64,000 bases of DNA from Flavobacteriales bacterium (GTDB taxonomy: Bacteria > Bacteroidota > Bacteroidia > Palsa-965), in the NCBI GenBank assembly GCA_002737665.1, contig NSIF01000001.1:350-64349 (forward strand). The letters are read 5' to 3'. Each line of letters opens with the position of its first letter. The stretch's first letter is position 1. Of this stretch, positions 41,316 to 50,961 are shown in pieces. Under the pieces are notes generated by a model. It did no database searches. It was not told the origin of the DNA and was given only the letters and a program-made list of their open reading frames with translations. A program made the translations under genes and the position numbers.

Positions 41316-42926
41316 TTGCCTTTTTACGATTATATTTGTAGCATGAGTTGCAAATTTTCCCATTTAAAACACTTTCCACTTTTTTTTGTTTTTTTCGTGG
41401 TTTCGGACGTTATAGCGCAACAAGTCCCTTTTACCGTGGAAATCGAGCCTGTCATTGCTGGGCCACTTCCTAAAATGCATTCTTTTGCATTTGCTCAATC
41501 TGGTTCGAAGTGGTTATTTGTAGGAGGTAGAACAAATGGACTTCATGGCTTTTCTACGAACGATAGTTTTGATGTCATCTATGCAAGTGATGTGATTACT
41601 GTAATTGATACTGCAACTTGGTCCTGGTATTCTTCTCCACTTGGAGTTTTGCCAACTGCGGTTGCAGATCCATTGCGTACAACAAATATGCAATACACGC
41701 GAATTGGAGATTATCTTTATTTGACTGGTGGTTTTGGCTGGGATAGTATTGCGAATGGGTTTCGAACCTTTCCTACACTTACAGCAATCCATATTGATAA
41801 CATGATTAATGCAGTTGTTTATGGAACACCAATTGCTTTAAATATCCGTCAAATTTATGATACTAATTTTAGAATATCAGGTGGTGAAATGCAACAGATG
41901 AATGGTGAATGTTTTCTTTTTTTTGGACATAATTTTTCTGGACGTTATTCGGATCCACCTCAACCAACTTTTACTCAGGTTTATTCTCCCCAAATAAAAC
42001 GATTTACAATTAATGACGATGGTATAAACTTATCCGTTTCAAATTTTACTTTTTTAACGGATACAAATAATTTCCATCGTCGCGATTTAAATGTTGGTAA
42101 TGTGGTTCATCCAGATGGAACTTTTGGATGGTGTGCATACAGTGGTGTTTTTAGAAAGGATTGTAACATGCCGTATTTATGGCCTATAAACTTTGATCCA
42201 ACAAATGGAGCTGTTGTTGATTCTTCATTTTCTCAAACAATGAATAATTATACTTGTGCAATGGAACCTCTTTTTGATTCTGTTCAAAAAACGATGTACA
42301 CAATTTTATTTGGTGGTGAAAGTCAATATGAATTCAATCCTGTTACACAACAATTGATTTTAGATTCATTGGTGCCTTTTGTAAGTGATATTTCTGTTCT
42401 TGTTCACGACCAGGCGGGCCAATGGTCCCAATTACCTTTGCAGCTACAAATGCCCGGTTTGCAGGGATCAAATATGAAATTTGTTCCCAATACTTTCGTC
42501 CCTTCTTACTCCAACGAGGTTGTTAAATTGCGAGAACTCAGTGGAAGAGTACTTGTAGGATATTTAGTAGGAGGTATTGTTGCTGTTGTTCCGAATGGTC
42601 ATCCCTCAAGTTGGGCTAATGATACTGTTTACCGTGTTTGGATTTCTCCTGACCAAGTTTTACTTGCTGTAAATGATTTGAACCCATTAGGTCAAGTGAA
42701 TATTTTTCCAAATCCTGCGAATAATCAAGTAACTATTCGTACAAATTTTAATGGAGCAGTTGCGATTTCATTGCTCGATGCACAAGGACGTGTATTGCGA
42801 TCTGAAAATAGATTTGAAAGGAAGGATGTTATTTTTAATACTCAAAATCTTTCAATGGGAATTTATACAATTCAAGTAACCATTGGTGATTCGATATCGC
42901 AGTCTAAACTTGTTATTGTACGCTAA
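41316..42926 (+). CDS. Secreted Kelch-like beta-propeller protein with a T9SS type-A C-terminal sorting domain.
   Basis: An alternative start is at 41343 (MSCKFS..., signal peptide). Kelch-like motifs are GGRTNG and YLYLTGGFGW. C-terminal NIFPNPANNQVTIRTNF...GIYTIQV CTD. Confidence 0.6.
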   Translation: MPFYDYICSMSCKFSHLKHFPLFFVFFVVSDVIAQQVPFTVEIEPVIAGPLPKMHSFAFAQSGSKWLFVGGRTNGLHGFSTNDSFDVIYASDVITVIDTATWSWYSSPLGVLPTAVADPLRTTNMQYTRIGDYLYLTGGFGWDSIANGFRTFPTLTAIHIDNMINAVVYGTPIALNIRQIYDTNFRISGGEMQQMNGECFLFFGHNFSGRYSDPPQPTFTQVYSPQIKRFTINDDGINLSVSNFTFLTDTNNFHRRDLNVGNVVHPDGTFGWCAYSGVFRKDCNMPYLWPINFDPTNGAVVDSSFSQTMNNYTCAMEPLFDSVQKTMYTILFGGESQYEFNPVTQQLILDSLVPFVSDISVLVHDQAGQWSQLPLQLQMPGLQGSNMKFVPNTFVPSYSNEVVKLRELSGRVLVGYLVGGIVAVVPNGHPSSWANDTVYRVWISPDQVLLAVNDLNPLGQVNIFPNPANNQVTIRTNFNGAVAISLLDAQGRVLRSENRFERKDVIFNTQNLSMGIYTIQVTIGDSISQSKLVIVR

Positions 42927-42945
42927 TTGGAAATTCAGCTAATTT

Positions 42946-45408
42946 ATGATACGTACAGATTATTTCGCTGATGTAGTTCTCCCGCTTTCACTTCCTGCTC
43001 TTTTTACCTATAGAATTCCCCAAACGCTAAACAATCAAATTCAACCTGGGATGCGTGTGGTGGTACAATTTGGTAAAAACAAATTGTATGCTGCAATAGT
43101 TTGGAAGGTTCACGAAACTTCACCTGCTTACATCACCAAATACATTGACTCTGTTTTAGATGAACGACCTGTAGTTACAGTACTACAATTGAATTTTTGG
43201 GAGTGGATGTCGAATTATTATTTATGTGCTAAAGGTGATATTATGCTTGCAGCGCTTCCTTCTGGATTGCGTTTAACAAGTGAAACAAGAATTTTGTTAA
43301 ATCCAAATTGGGAGGGAGATCGAAAAGATTTAGATGATGAAACTTTTGCGTTGTGTGAAGCTTTAGATGTTAAGGTCACTTTAACCATCGATGATATTGC
43401 TGCAATTTTGGATAAAAAAACTGTTTATCCCATTATTAGAAAATTATTAGATGAAGGTGTGATATTAGTTTATGAAGAAATTCAACAGCGTTATCAACCC
43501 AAGTTTGAAACGTATGTTCGTTTAGGAGATGAGTATGCAGATGAAGAAAAATTGAAAGCGATTTTTGTAAAGTTAGAGAAACGTTCTTTTAAGCAATTAC
43601 AATTAGTAATGGCGTACTTGCATTTGTCAGCACATTATAGTAACAATCCTAAGCAAGTAAGGAAAGCAGATCTTTTGAAATATGCTGGAGTAGGTGATGG
43701 GATATTTTCTGCAGTTGTAAAAAAAGGGTTATTCTTGATTGAAGAATTTGAGATTTCAAGATTAATCCTCAAGCAAAGTAGTAATGAGACTTTGACCTTA
43801 AGTTCACATCAAGAGCACGCTATTAGTACTATTCGTAATCATTTTGAAACCAAGGACATTTGTCTGTTACATGGTGTTACTTCGAGTGGCAAAACAGAAG
43901 TATATATTCGATTAATTTCTGAACAAATTTCTTTAGGTAAACAGGTTTTGTATTTACTTCCAGAAATAGCATTAACAACCCAATTAATAGTTCGTTTGCA
44001 AAAACATTTTGGCGAGAAGGTTTTAGTTTATCATTCTCGTTTCAATGAAAATGAGCGGGTAGAAGTGTGGAATGAAGTTTTAAAAAATAAACCTGTTGTT
44101 GTTATTGGAGCTCGCTCTGCAATTTTTTTACCATTTGGTAATTTAGGAATTATTATTATTGACGAAGAGCATGATTCCTCTTTCAAACAACATGATCCTT
44201 CACCAAGATACAATGCACGAGAGTGCGGAATTTGGCTAGCGAAAATGCATGGTGCAAAAACACTGTTAGGATCAGCAACTCCTTCTATTGAGTCTTTTTA
44301 CCACGCTCAGCATAGCCGTTATGGGTTGGCAATATTGACCGAACGTTATGGAGGTACTTCACTTCCAGAAATTACAGTTGTTGATATCAAAGAACTTGCT
44401 CGAAAACGATTGATGAAATCACATTTTTCACCTTATTTAATTGAGCGAATTGAAGTTGCATTAGCTGCAAAAGAACAAGTTATTTTATTTCAAAATAGGA
44501 GGGGATTTGCTCCTTCCATTGCTTGTCAGGATTGCAGTCATATATCAAACTGTGTGCGTTGTGCTGTTAGTTTGACTTATCATAAAAATTCTAATCAGCT
44601 GCGCTGTCATTATTGTGGTTGGACCATTTTACCTCCAACACAATGTGCTGCATGTGGTAGTACCGAGTTAAAAATGAAAGGTTTTGGAACGGAGAAGATT
44701 GAAGAGGAGCTTCAGTTAATTTTACCAGATGCGAAAATTGCGCGCATGGACTTGGATACCACACGTGGTAAATTTAGTTTGCAACATTTAATTAATGATT
44801 TTGAATTACAAAATATTAATATTCTTGTTGGAACACAAATGGTTACCAAGGGATTGGATTTTGGAAATGTTTCACTTGTAGGCGTTTTAGCTGCTGACCA
44901 ATTAATGAGTTATCCTGATTTTCGCGCTGCGGAGAGAGGTTTTCAACTCATGGCACAAGTTGCAGGTCGTGCTGGAAGGAGGGATAAAGTAGGCGAAGTA
45001 ATTATTCAATCGTACAATCCCGAGCACTCGATTATTAAGTGCGTAGTGGGGCATGATTTTGCAACCATGTATCGTAATGAATTGGCAGAGCGTATGGAAT
45101 TCCATTATCCTCCTTTTTATCGACTAATCCGTTTGTCATTGAAATCTAAAGATCATGTCATGTTGGATGTTGGCGCAAAATATTTAGCGGATAGATTAAG
45201 AGTACAATTTGCTGATCGTATACTTGGTCCTGAATTCCCTCCTGTGGGGAAAGTACGCGATGAATTTGTAAAAAATATTTTAGTTAAAATAGCTCGTGAA
45301 TCAAATAGCACTTCAGTAAAAGATATAATAGTTCGCGAACTCGTTTTGTTTAAAACAAATGTAGATTTTAAGAAGGTTAGGGTAGTTTGTGACGTTGATC
45401 CCAACTAA
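42946..45408 (+). CDS. priA: Primosomal protein N' (replication-restart helicase).
   Basis: GVTSSGKTEVY Walker A. DEEH box. Cys4 zinc-binding insert (CQDC...CVRC...CHYC...CAAC). Confidence 0.9.
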   Translation: MIRTDYFADVVLPLSLPALFTYRIPQTLNNQIQPGMRVVVQFGKNKLYAAIVWKVHETSPAYITKYIDSVLDERPVVTVLQLNFWEWMSNYYLCAKGDIMLAALPSGLRLTSETRILLNPNWEGDRKDLDDETFALCEALDVKVTLTIDDIAAILDKKTVYPIIRKLLDEGVILVYEEIQQRYQPKFETYVRLGDEYADEEKLKAIFVKLEKRSFKQLQLVMAYLHLSAHYSNNPKQVRKADLLKYAGVGDGIFSAVVKKGLFLIEEFEISRLILKQSSNETLTLSSHQEHAISTIRNHFETKDICLLHGVTSSGKTEVYIRLISEQISLGKQVLYLLPEIALTTQLIVRLQKHFGEKVLVYHSRFNENERVEVWNEVLKNKPVVVIGARSAIFLPFGNLGIIIIDEEHDSSFKQHDPSPRYNARECGIWLAKMHGAKTLLGSATPSIESFYHAQHSRYGLAILTERYGGTSLPEITVVDIKELARKRLMKSHFSPYLIERIEVALAAKEQVILFQNRRGFAPSIACQDCSHISNCVRCAVSLTYHKNSNQLRCHYCGWTILPPTQCAACGSTELKMKGFGTEKIEEELQLILPDAKIARMDLDTTRGKFSLQHLINDFELQNINILVGTQMVTKGLDFGNVSLVGVLAADQLMSYPDFRAAERGFQLMAQVAGRAGRRDKVGEVIIQSYNPEHSIIKCVVGHDFATMYRNELAERMEFHYPPFYRLIRLSLKSKDHVMLDVGAKYLADRLRVQFADRILGPEFPPVGKVRDEFVKNILVKIARESNSTSVKDIIVRELVLFKTNVDFKKVRVVCDVDPN

Positions 45409-45411
45409 TAA

Positions 45412-46260
45412 TTAGCGACCAAAATAATCATCGAGGGAGAATTTGTTTTTTACACGAACGCCTCTTTCTGTTTCTTCAACAGTGCAACATTCATTCACCC
45501 CATCGTGTTCGAAAAACAAAACAAATTCTTCTTTTGCAGCTTGGGGTAAAAAACTTTCTTTTTCTTTCAATGTCTCTAATGGACAAACATCATAAGCCAT
45601 AATCCAGGGTAAAGGAATGTGCGCAACACTTGGTAAAAGGTCTGCCATAAAAACAACTTTTTTCCCTTTGTAACTAATGATAGGATGCATCATTGCACGA
45701 GTATGGCCATTGGTAATCATAATTTTGATTCCTGGAATTAAATCTTCGTTTGGGTTGATAAATTTTAATTGCCCGCTTTCTTGTATTGGTAAAATATTTT
45801 CTTTTAGGAAGCTTGCCTTTTCTCGGGCATTTGGATTGGTGGCCCAATTCCAATGTTCTTCATTACTCCAATATGTTGCGTTTGGAAATTCAGTTGTTAG
45901 TTTTGTGCGATCTTCATTGTATTTTATACTTCCTCCACAATGATCAAAATGCAAATGCGTTAAAAACATATCTGTAATATCACTTCTTTCATATCCTTTA
46001 GCTCGCAACGATTTTTCTAAAGATGCTTCACCATTCAGAAAATAGTGACCAAAAAATTTAGCATCTTGTTTGTTTCCCATGCCATTGTCGATGAGCATTA
46101 AGCGATTGCCATCTTCTATAAGCAAACACCGCATGGCCCAATTACACATATTTTTTTCGTCCGGTACATTTTCCTTGCTCCATAAACTTTTTGGTACAAC
46201 TCCGTGCATTGCCCCTCCGTCGAGTTTAAAAAAACCTGTTTCGATCGAATGTAGTTTCAT
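45412..46260 (-). CDS. MBL-fold metallo-hydrolase.
   Basis: THLHFDHCGG metal-binding motif. Confidence 0.75.
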   Translation of the reverse strand: MKLHSIETGFFKLDGGAMHGVVPKSLWSKENVPDEKNMCNWAMRCLLIEDGNRLMLIDNGMGNKQDAKFFGHYFLNGEASLEKSLRAKGYERSDITDMFLTHLHFDHCGGSIKYNEDRTKLTTEFPNATYWSNEEHWNWATNPNAREKASFLKENILPIQESGQLKFINPNEDLIPGIKIMITNGHTRAMMHPIISYKGKKVVFMADLLPSVAHIPLPWIMAYDVCPLETLKEKESFLPQAAKEEFVLFFEHDGVNECCTVEETERGVRVKNKFSLDDYFGR

Positions 46261-46469
46261 AAATTATAAAGAGTTTTGTGTTTTGATGAAAAGTAATATT
46301 TGTTATTATTTATTTGCTTAAAGATAGGAAATTGAAATGTAGAAATCCAAAATTTCAATTTTGTTTATTTTAATATATTTTGTGGTCATTAACATTTTTA
46401 TGTTTAAAAGACCTTTGTTTTTTGAATTTTGATAATCCAATTTAGAGTAGTTTAGTTGAAATATAAAAA

Positions 46470-47828
46470 ATGAAAATACATTTCATCGCAATCGGTGGTA
46501 GCGCAATGCATAATATGGCAATTGCAATGAAACTTAAGGGGAATGAAGTGACGGGTTCGGATGATGAAATCAATGAGCCATCGCGGAGTAGGTTGGCTAA
46601 ATATGGGATTTTACCAACTGAGTTGGGCTGGTATCCGCATCTGTTAACTGCTGCTATTGACGAAGTGATTCTTGGAATGCATGCGCGTGCTGATAATCCA
46701 GAATTGGTTCGTGCGCAAGAACTCGGACTGAGAATATTTTCATATCCAGAATATTTATACGAACAGAGCAAAACAAAAACTCGAATTGTAATTGGTGGTA
46801 GTCATGGAAAGACCTCTATTACTGCTATGGTTTTGCATGTTTTGAAGTACTGTAATGTTGATACAGATTACATGGTTGGAGCTCAATTGGCGGGTTTTGA
46901 AACAATGGTCAAAACAACTGTAGAAGCAAAAAGTATTGTGTTGGAAGGAGATGAATACCTAGCATCACCCGTTGACCGGCGCCCGAAATTTCATTTGTAT
47001 CATCCGCATATTGCTTTGCTTAGTGGAATTGCATGGGATCATATAAATGTGTTTCCAACATTCGATATTTACGTGGAGCAATTCAGAATATTTGTAAATC
47101 TCATTGAGCAAAATGGAACGCTTGTTTATTGCAAGGAAGATAAAGTTTTAATGGAAGTTGCAGGCAAGGCAAGGAAAGACATTGTATTGAAACCCTATGG
47201 AGTTCCTGCTCATGAAATTGTAGATGGAACAACTTATCTATTGCGCAATGGGAAACGCATTCCACTATTGATTTTTGGTGATCACAATCTCATGAATGTG
47301 GAAGGAGCGTGTTTGGTGTGTGAAGGAATGGGAGTGAGTGAATCACAATTTGTTGAAGCGATACAATCGTTTTCAGGAGCAGCTAAGCGTTTGGAATTGG
47401 TCCGCAAGGAAGGAACATTTTCTTGTTACAAAGATTTTGCACATTCTCCTTCAAAGTTAAAGGCAACTACTGCAGCTGTTAAAAAACAATTTCCAAATAG
47501 GAAAATTGTGGCTTGTATGGAATTGCACACATTCAGTTCTCTAACTGCCGATTTTCTGAAAGAATACAATGGAGCAATGGATACTGCCGATGAGGCATTT
47601 GTATATTACAATCCTCATACTATAGAACATAAAAAACTGTCTGCGATTTCAGTTTCACAAGTGAAAGATGCTTTTGCAAGAACTGATTTGAAAGTTTCTA
47701 CGGATTCCAATTCTTTAATAGCAGAATTATCATCTCGTAATTGGAATAATTCTGTTTTACTATTAATGACTTCAGGGAATTTTGATGGAGTAGATTTTAC
47801 TCAATTTGCCAACTCACTTAAGTTGTAG
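46470..47828 (+). CDS. mpl: Mur-ligase-family protein, Mpl-like (UDP-N-acetylmuramate:L-Ala-gamma-D-Glu-meso-DAP ligase).
   Basis: HFIAIGGSAMHNMA N-terminus and GGSHGKTSITAM P-loop. Confidence 0.7.
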   Translation: MKIHFIAIGGSAMHNMAIAMKLKGNEVTGSDDEINEPSRSRLAKYGILPTELGWYPHLLTAAIDEVILGMHARADNPELVRAQELGLRIFSYPEYLYEQSKTKTRIVIGGSHGKTSITAMVLHVLKYCNVDTDYMVGAQLAGFETMVKTTVEAKSIVLEGDEYLASPVDRRPKFHLYHPHIALLSGIAWDHINVFPTFDIYVEQFRIFVNLIEQNGTLVYCKEDKVLMEVAGKARKDIVLKPYGVPAHEIVDGTTYLLRNGKRIPLLIFGDHNLMNVEGACLVCEGMGVSESQFVEAIQSFSGAAKRLELVRKEGTFSCYKDFAHSPSKLKATTAAVKKQFPNRKIVACMELHTFSSLTADFLKEYNGAMDTADEAFVYYNPHTIEHKKLSAISVSQVKDAFARTDLKVSTDSNSLIAELSSRNWNNSVLLLMTSGNFDGVDFTQFANSLKL

Positions 47829-47832
47829 CTTA

Positions 47833-48321
47833 TTAACTAAGACGCTTTTCTTTTAATCTAAAAATTACGGTCACGAGTACAGTTACTGCAAAACCCAATA
47901 AAAAATTTGGATTACTCCAGTACCTTGCGCGGTCTGCCATATTTTGTTTTGTTATCGATGCTAAAAATTCCTGTATTTCACTTCCTCTCCCTGTTTCCAT
48001 CATATGTTTTAAATCTGCAGCAACATTGATATGGGTAAGTGCTATAAAAAATGCAATTCCCCAAATGATAGTGATAATAATTGCTGTTATGCCACCTGCT
48101 TTTAGGCATCGTTTAAAAGTTGATGTGGTAGCTGATTGCATTTCTGCAACCATTTTAATGCTCATGTATATGCACGTGAAGTATGCTAGTTGAGGACTGT
48201 AATAGAGAAACATTTCAACTATTCCTGATGGACCAGTTGACATTGATAACATCATAGAATAGAATTGTAGCATACCTACTACAATTCCACCTATCAATCC
48301 AATAAACACTGGGATTTTCAT
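47833..48321 (-). CDS. Membrane protein (DUF4199-like), four TM helices.
   Basis: Hydrophobic helices. No catalytic motif. Confidence 0.5.
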   Translation of the reverse strand: MKIPVFIGLIGGIVVGMLQFYSMMLSMSTGPSGIVEMFLYYSPQLAYFTCIYMSIKMVAEMQSATTSTFKRCLKAGGITAIIITIIWGIAFFIALTHINVAADLKHMMETGRGSEIQEFLASITKQNMADRARYWSNPNFLLGFAVTVLVTVIFRLKEKRLS

Positions 48322-48368
48322 TTACTATTCAAACTAAATTATTACACCAAAATAGTTTTTAAAATTCC

Positions 48369-50234
48369 TTAACCATTCATGGAAATTAGAAACTCCTCAT
48401 TCGAGTTTGTATTCTTCATTTGAGATTTAAGGAAATCCATTGCTTCTTGTGGATTCATATCAGCAAGGTGATTACGTAAAATCCAAATACGTTGTTGCAT
48501 TTCTTTATCCATCAATAAGTCATCACGTCGAGTAGAAGATGCAACCAAATCAATTGCAGGGAACACACGTTTGTTTGCGAGTTTGCGATCGAGTTGTAAT
48601 TCCATGTTACCTGTTCCTTTGAATTCCTCGAAAATAACTTCGTCCATTTTAGAACCGGTGTCAATCAAAGCTGTTGCAATGATTGTCAATGATCCGCCAC
48701 CTTCAATTTTACGCGCAGCTCCGAAGAATCGTTTTGGTTTTTGTAAAGCATTTGCTTCTACACCACCAGAGAGTACTTTTCCTGATGCAGGTTGAACGGT
48801 ATTGTAAGCACGAGCAAGTCGTGTGATAGAATCAAGAAGAATAACAACATCATGTCCGCACTCAACCATACGTTTTGCTTTTTCCAAAACGATGTTGGCA
48901 ATTTTCACATGTCGATCAGCAGGTTCATCGAATGTTGATGCGATAACTTCTGCTTGAACACTTCTTGCCATATCCGTTACTTCCTCGGGACGTTCATCAA
49001 TTAGAAGTATCATTAGATATGCTTCAGGATGATTATCGGCAATTGCATTTGCAACTTCTTTAAGTAAAATTGTTTTACCAGTTTTCGGTTGAGCAACAAT
49101 TAATCCACGCTGACCTTTTCCAATTGGAGTAAACATATCCATAATTCGCATGGACATATTTGTTTTAGATTTTCCAGTATTGCAAAGGTTGAATTTTTCT
49201 TTAGGAAAAAGAGGTGTTAAAAAATCAAATGGAACACGGTCGCGCACGAAAGCAGGATCTCGGCCAGATATTTTATCAACTTTTACCAATGGAAAATATT
49301 TTTCCCCTTCTTTTGGAGGTCGTACTGCTCCCTTTACGGTATCACCTGTTTTTAATCCGAAAAGTTTTATTTGCGATTGAGAAACGTAAACATCATCAGG
49401 TGAATTTAAATAATTATAATCTGATGATCGTAGGAAACCATAGCCATCGGGCATAATTTCAAGCACACCTTCGGCAACTACAATGTTGTCGAAATTGTAC
49501 ATTTCTTCAATTGGTTTATTTTGTTGAAAAGGTTGTCGATTAAAATCGCCAGGAGTATTTTGATTTTGTTGATTTTGTTGAAATTGCTGACGTTGCTGTG
49601 GGTAATTTTGATGTTGCGGAGGTCGTGGGTTGGGAGTTGGATTAGTGTTTGGAGTTGGATTATTTACCTCATTAGGTAATTTTTGATTTTCATTTTGTTG
49701 TTCACCTGTTTTTTGAATGTTATCTTTTGCAGCTTGTGCCTGTATAAATGCAGGAGGTTGGTTGTATGCAGGCGGGGCAGGAGGTGGGCTTGAATTTTTG
49801 TTATTTTGGTGTGACTTCTGGTAAGGATTTGTAGGGTGAATATTTGGGGTTGTAGGCTGTTGATTTTGTTGTGGAGCTGTTGGACTACTATTTACGCTGT
49901 TAGCTGTGTCAGATGGGATTAAATTAATTTTAGCAGGTTGCTTTTCTGTTGTTTCTTCCAAGGAAACAAATCTTGAATCTACTTTATTTTCAGTGTTTAG
50001 TATTGCAGGTGTTTCTTCTGCAACGATTTCTATTTTAGGTTTGCGTCCCCTTTTCGGTTTTTCATCTCCCGAATCTTTTATTTCATTTTTTGCTCCGCTC
50101 ATTGCTTGTAGATCTAGAATTTTGTAAATAAGTTCTTGTTTTTTAAAGCTTTCAAACTTTGGAATATTGAGACCCTGTGCGATTTCACGGATTTCCCCAA
50201 CCAGTTTGCTGTTTAGGTCTATTATGTCGTACAT
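48369..50234 (-). CDS. rho: Transcription termination factor Rho with a ~200-aa Q/N/P-rich N-terminal insertion domain.
   Basis: Rho_N ([20 protein letters not shown]...). Cold-shock-like RNA-binding domain. P-loop [15 protein letters not shown]. The insertion between Rho_N and the CSD is low-complexity Q/N/P/T. Confidence 0.9.
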   Translation of the reverse strand: MYDIIDLNSKLVGEIREIAQGLNIPKFESFKKQELIYKILDLQAMSGAKNEIKDSGDEKPKRGRKPKIEIVAEETPAILNTENKVDSRFVSLEETTEKQPAKINLIPSDTANSVNSSPTAPQQNQQPTTPNIHPTNPYQKSHQNNKNSSPPPAPPAYNQPPAFIQAQAAKDNIQKTGEQQNENQKLPNEVNNPTPNTNPTPNPRPPQHQNYPQQRQQFQQNQQNQNTPGDFNRQPFQQNKPIEEMYNFDNIVVAEGVLEIMPDGYGFLRSSDYNYLNSPDDVYVSQSQIKLFGLKTGDTVKGAVRPPKEGEKYFPLVKVDKISGRDPAFVRDRVPFDFLTPLFPKEKFNLCNTGKSKTNMSMRIMDMFTPIGKGQRGLIVAQPKTGKTILLKEVANAIADNHPEAYLMILLIDERPEEVTDMARSVQAEVIASTFDEPADRHVKIANIVLEKAKRMVECGHDVVILLDSITRLARAYNTVQPASGKVLSGGVEANALQKPKRFFGAARKIEGGGSLTIIATALIDTGSKMDEVIFEEFKGTGNMELQLDRKLANKRVFPAIDLVASSTRRDDLLMDKEMQQRIWILRNHLADMNPQEAMDFLKSQMKNTNSNEEFLISMNG

Positions 50235-50518
50235 ATGATGTTGTGAGAATTGATAAAAAGATTTGTTTAAATTTATTTTTGGATTTTGAACATGGAAATA
50301 GAAAGGATAAAAAATTCCACGGATGAAAGATGGTTTATTTTACATGCTTTTGTTAAGAGATTTTTTGGGAAGTGAAAGCCACAGGGCTTTCTCACGCGAA
50401 CATTAGATTGCAATAATACGAAGATTATTTTAATTACAAGCAATTATTGTCTTTTTTTAATGTTTTGTTGACTCAATTTGATTCAGTTTCTTTGTATTTA
50501 ATAAACAAGATTACTATG

Positions 50519-50884
50519 CTGCAGCGTTTTCAATCGATTATCCTTGGACTTATTATTGTATTCTTATTTATAGGACATTTTGTGATTGCTAATGCTAAGC
50601 CATTTTTATTTATTTCAATGATCAGTATTGCTTTCCTTTCCTTTGTTACACTTTTGAGTTTTAAAAAGCGTAAGCGACAAATAGCACTGTGTAAAATCGG
50701 TATTGTTTTATGTTTGTTGATTTCTGTTGGTTTAATGCTGTGGCCTGGAAACTTTTTACAGCATCAGCAAAAAACATCTTTTGAGAATTATTTGTTTTTA
50801 GTTATAGTATTTCTTTTTTTATTGGCTGCGTATTTTATTAAAAAAGACGACAATCTAGTAAAAGGTGCAGATCGGTTAAGATAG
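50519..50884 (+). CDS. Small membrane protein (DUF4293-like), divergent from rho.
   Basis: Four predicted TM helices. The six-frame ORF begins at 50447, but the likely start is MLQRF at 50519. Confidence 0.5.
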   Translation: MQRFQSIILGLIIVFLFIGHFVIANAKPFLFISMISIAFLSFVTLLSFKKRKRQIALCKIGIVLCLLISVGLMLWPGNFLQHQQKTSFENYLFLVIVFLFLLAAYFIKKDDNLVKGADRLR

Positions 50885-50961
50885 TATTTTAGAAATTCAG
50901 ATCATTCATTTCTATGTGAATGATGGAGCTGTTCGTACAGATTAATATTTGATACTATTTT

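Noticed and set aside
50906-50930. ATCATTCA-N8-TGAATGAT inverted repeat between the convergent DUF4293 and adhesin genes.
   Set aside because: The stem is AT-only and lacks a flanking T-tract. It is at best a weak bidirectional terminator.
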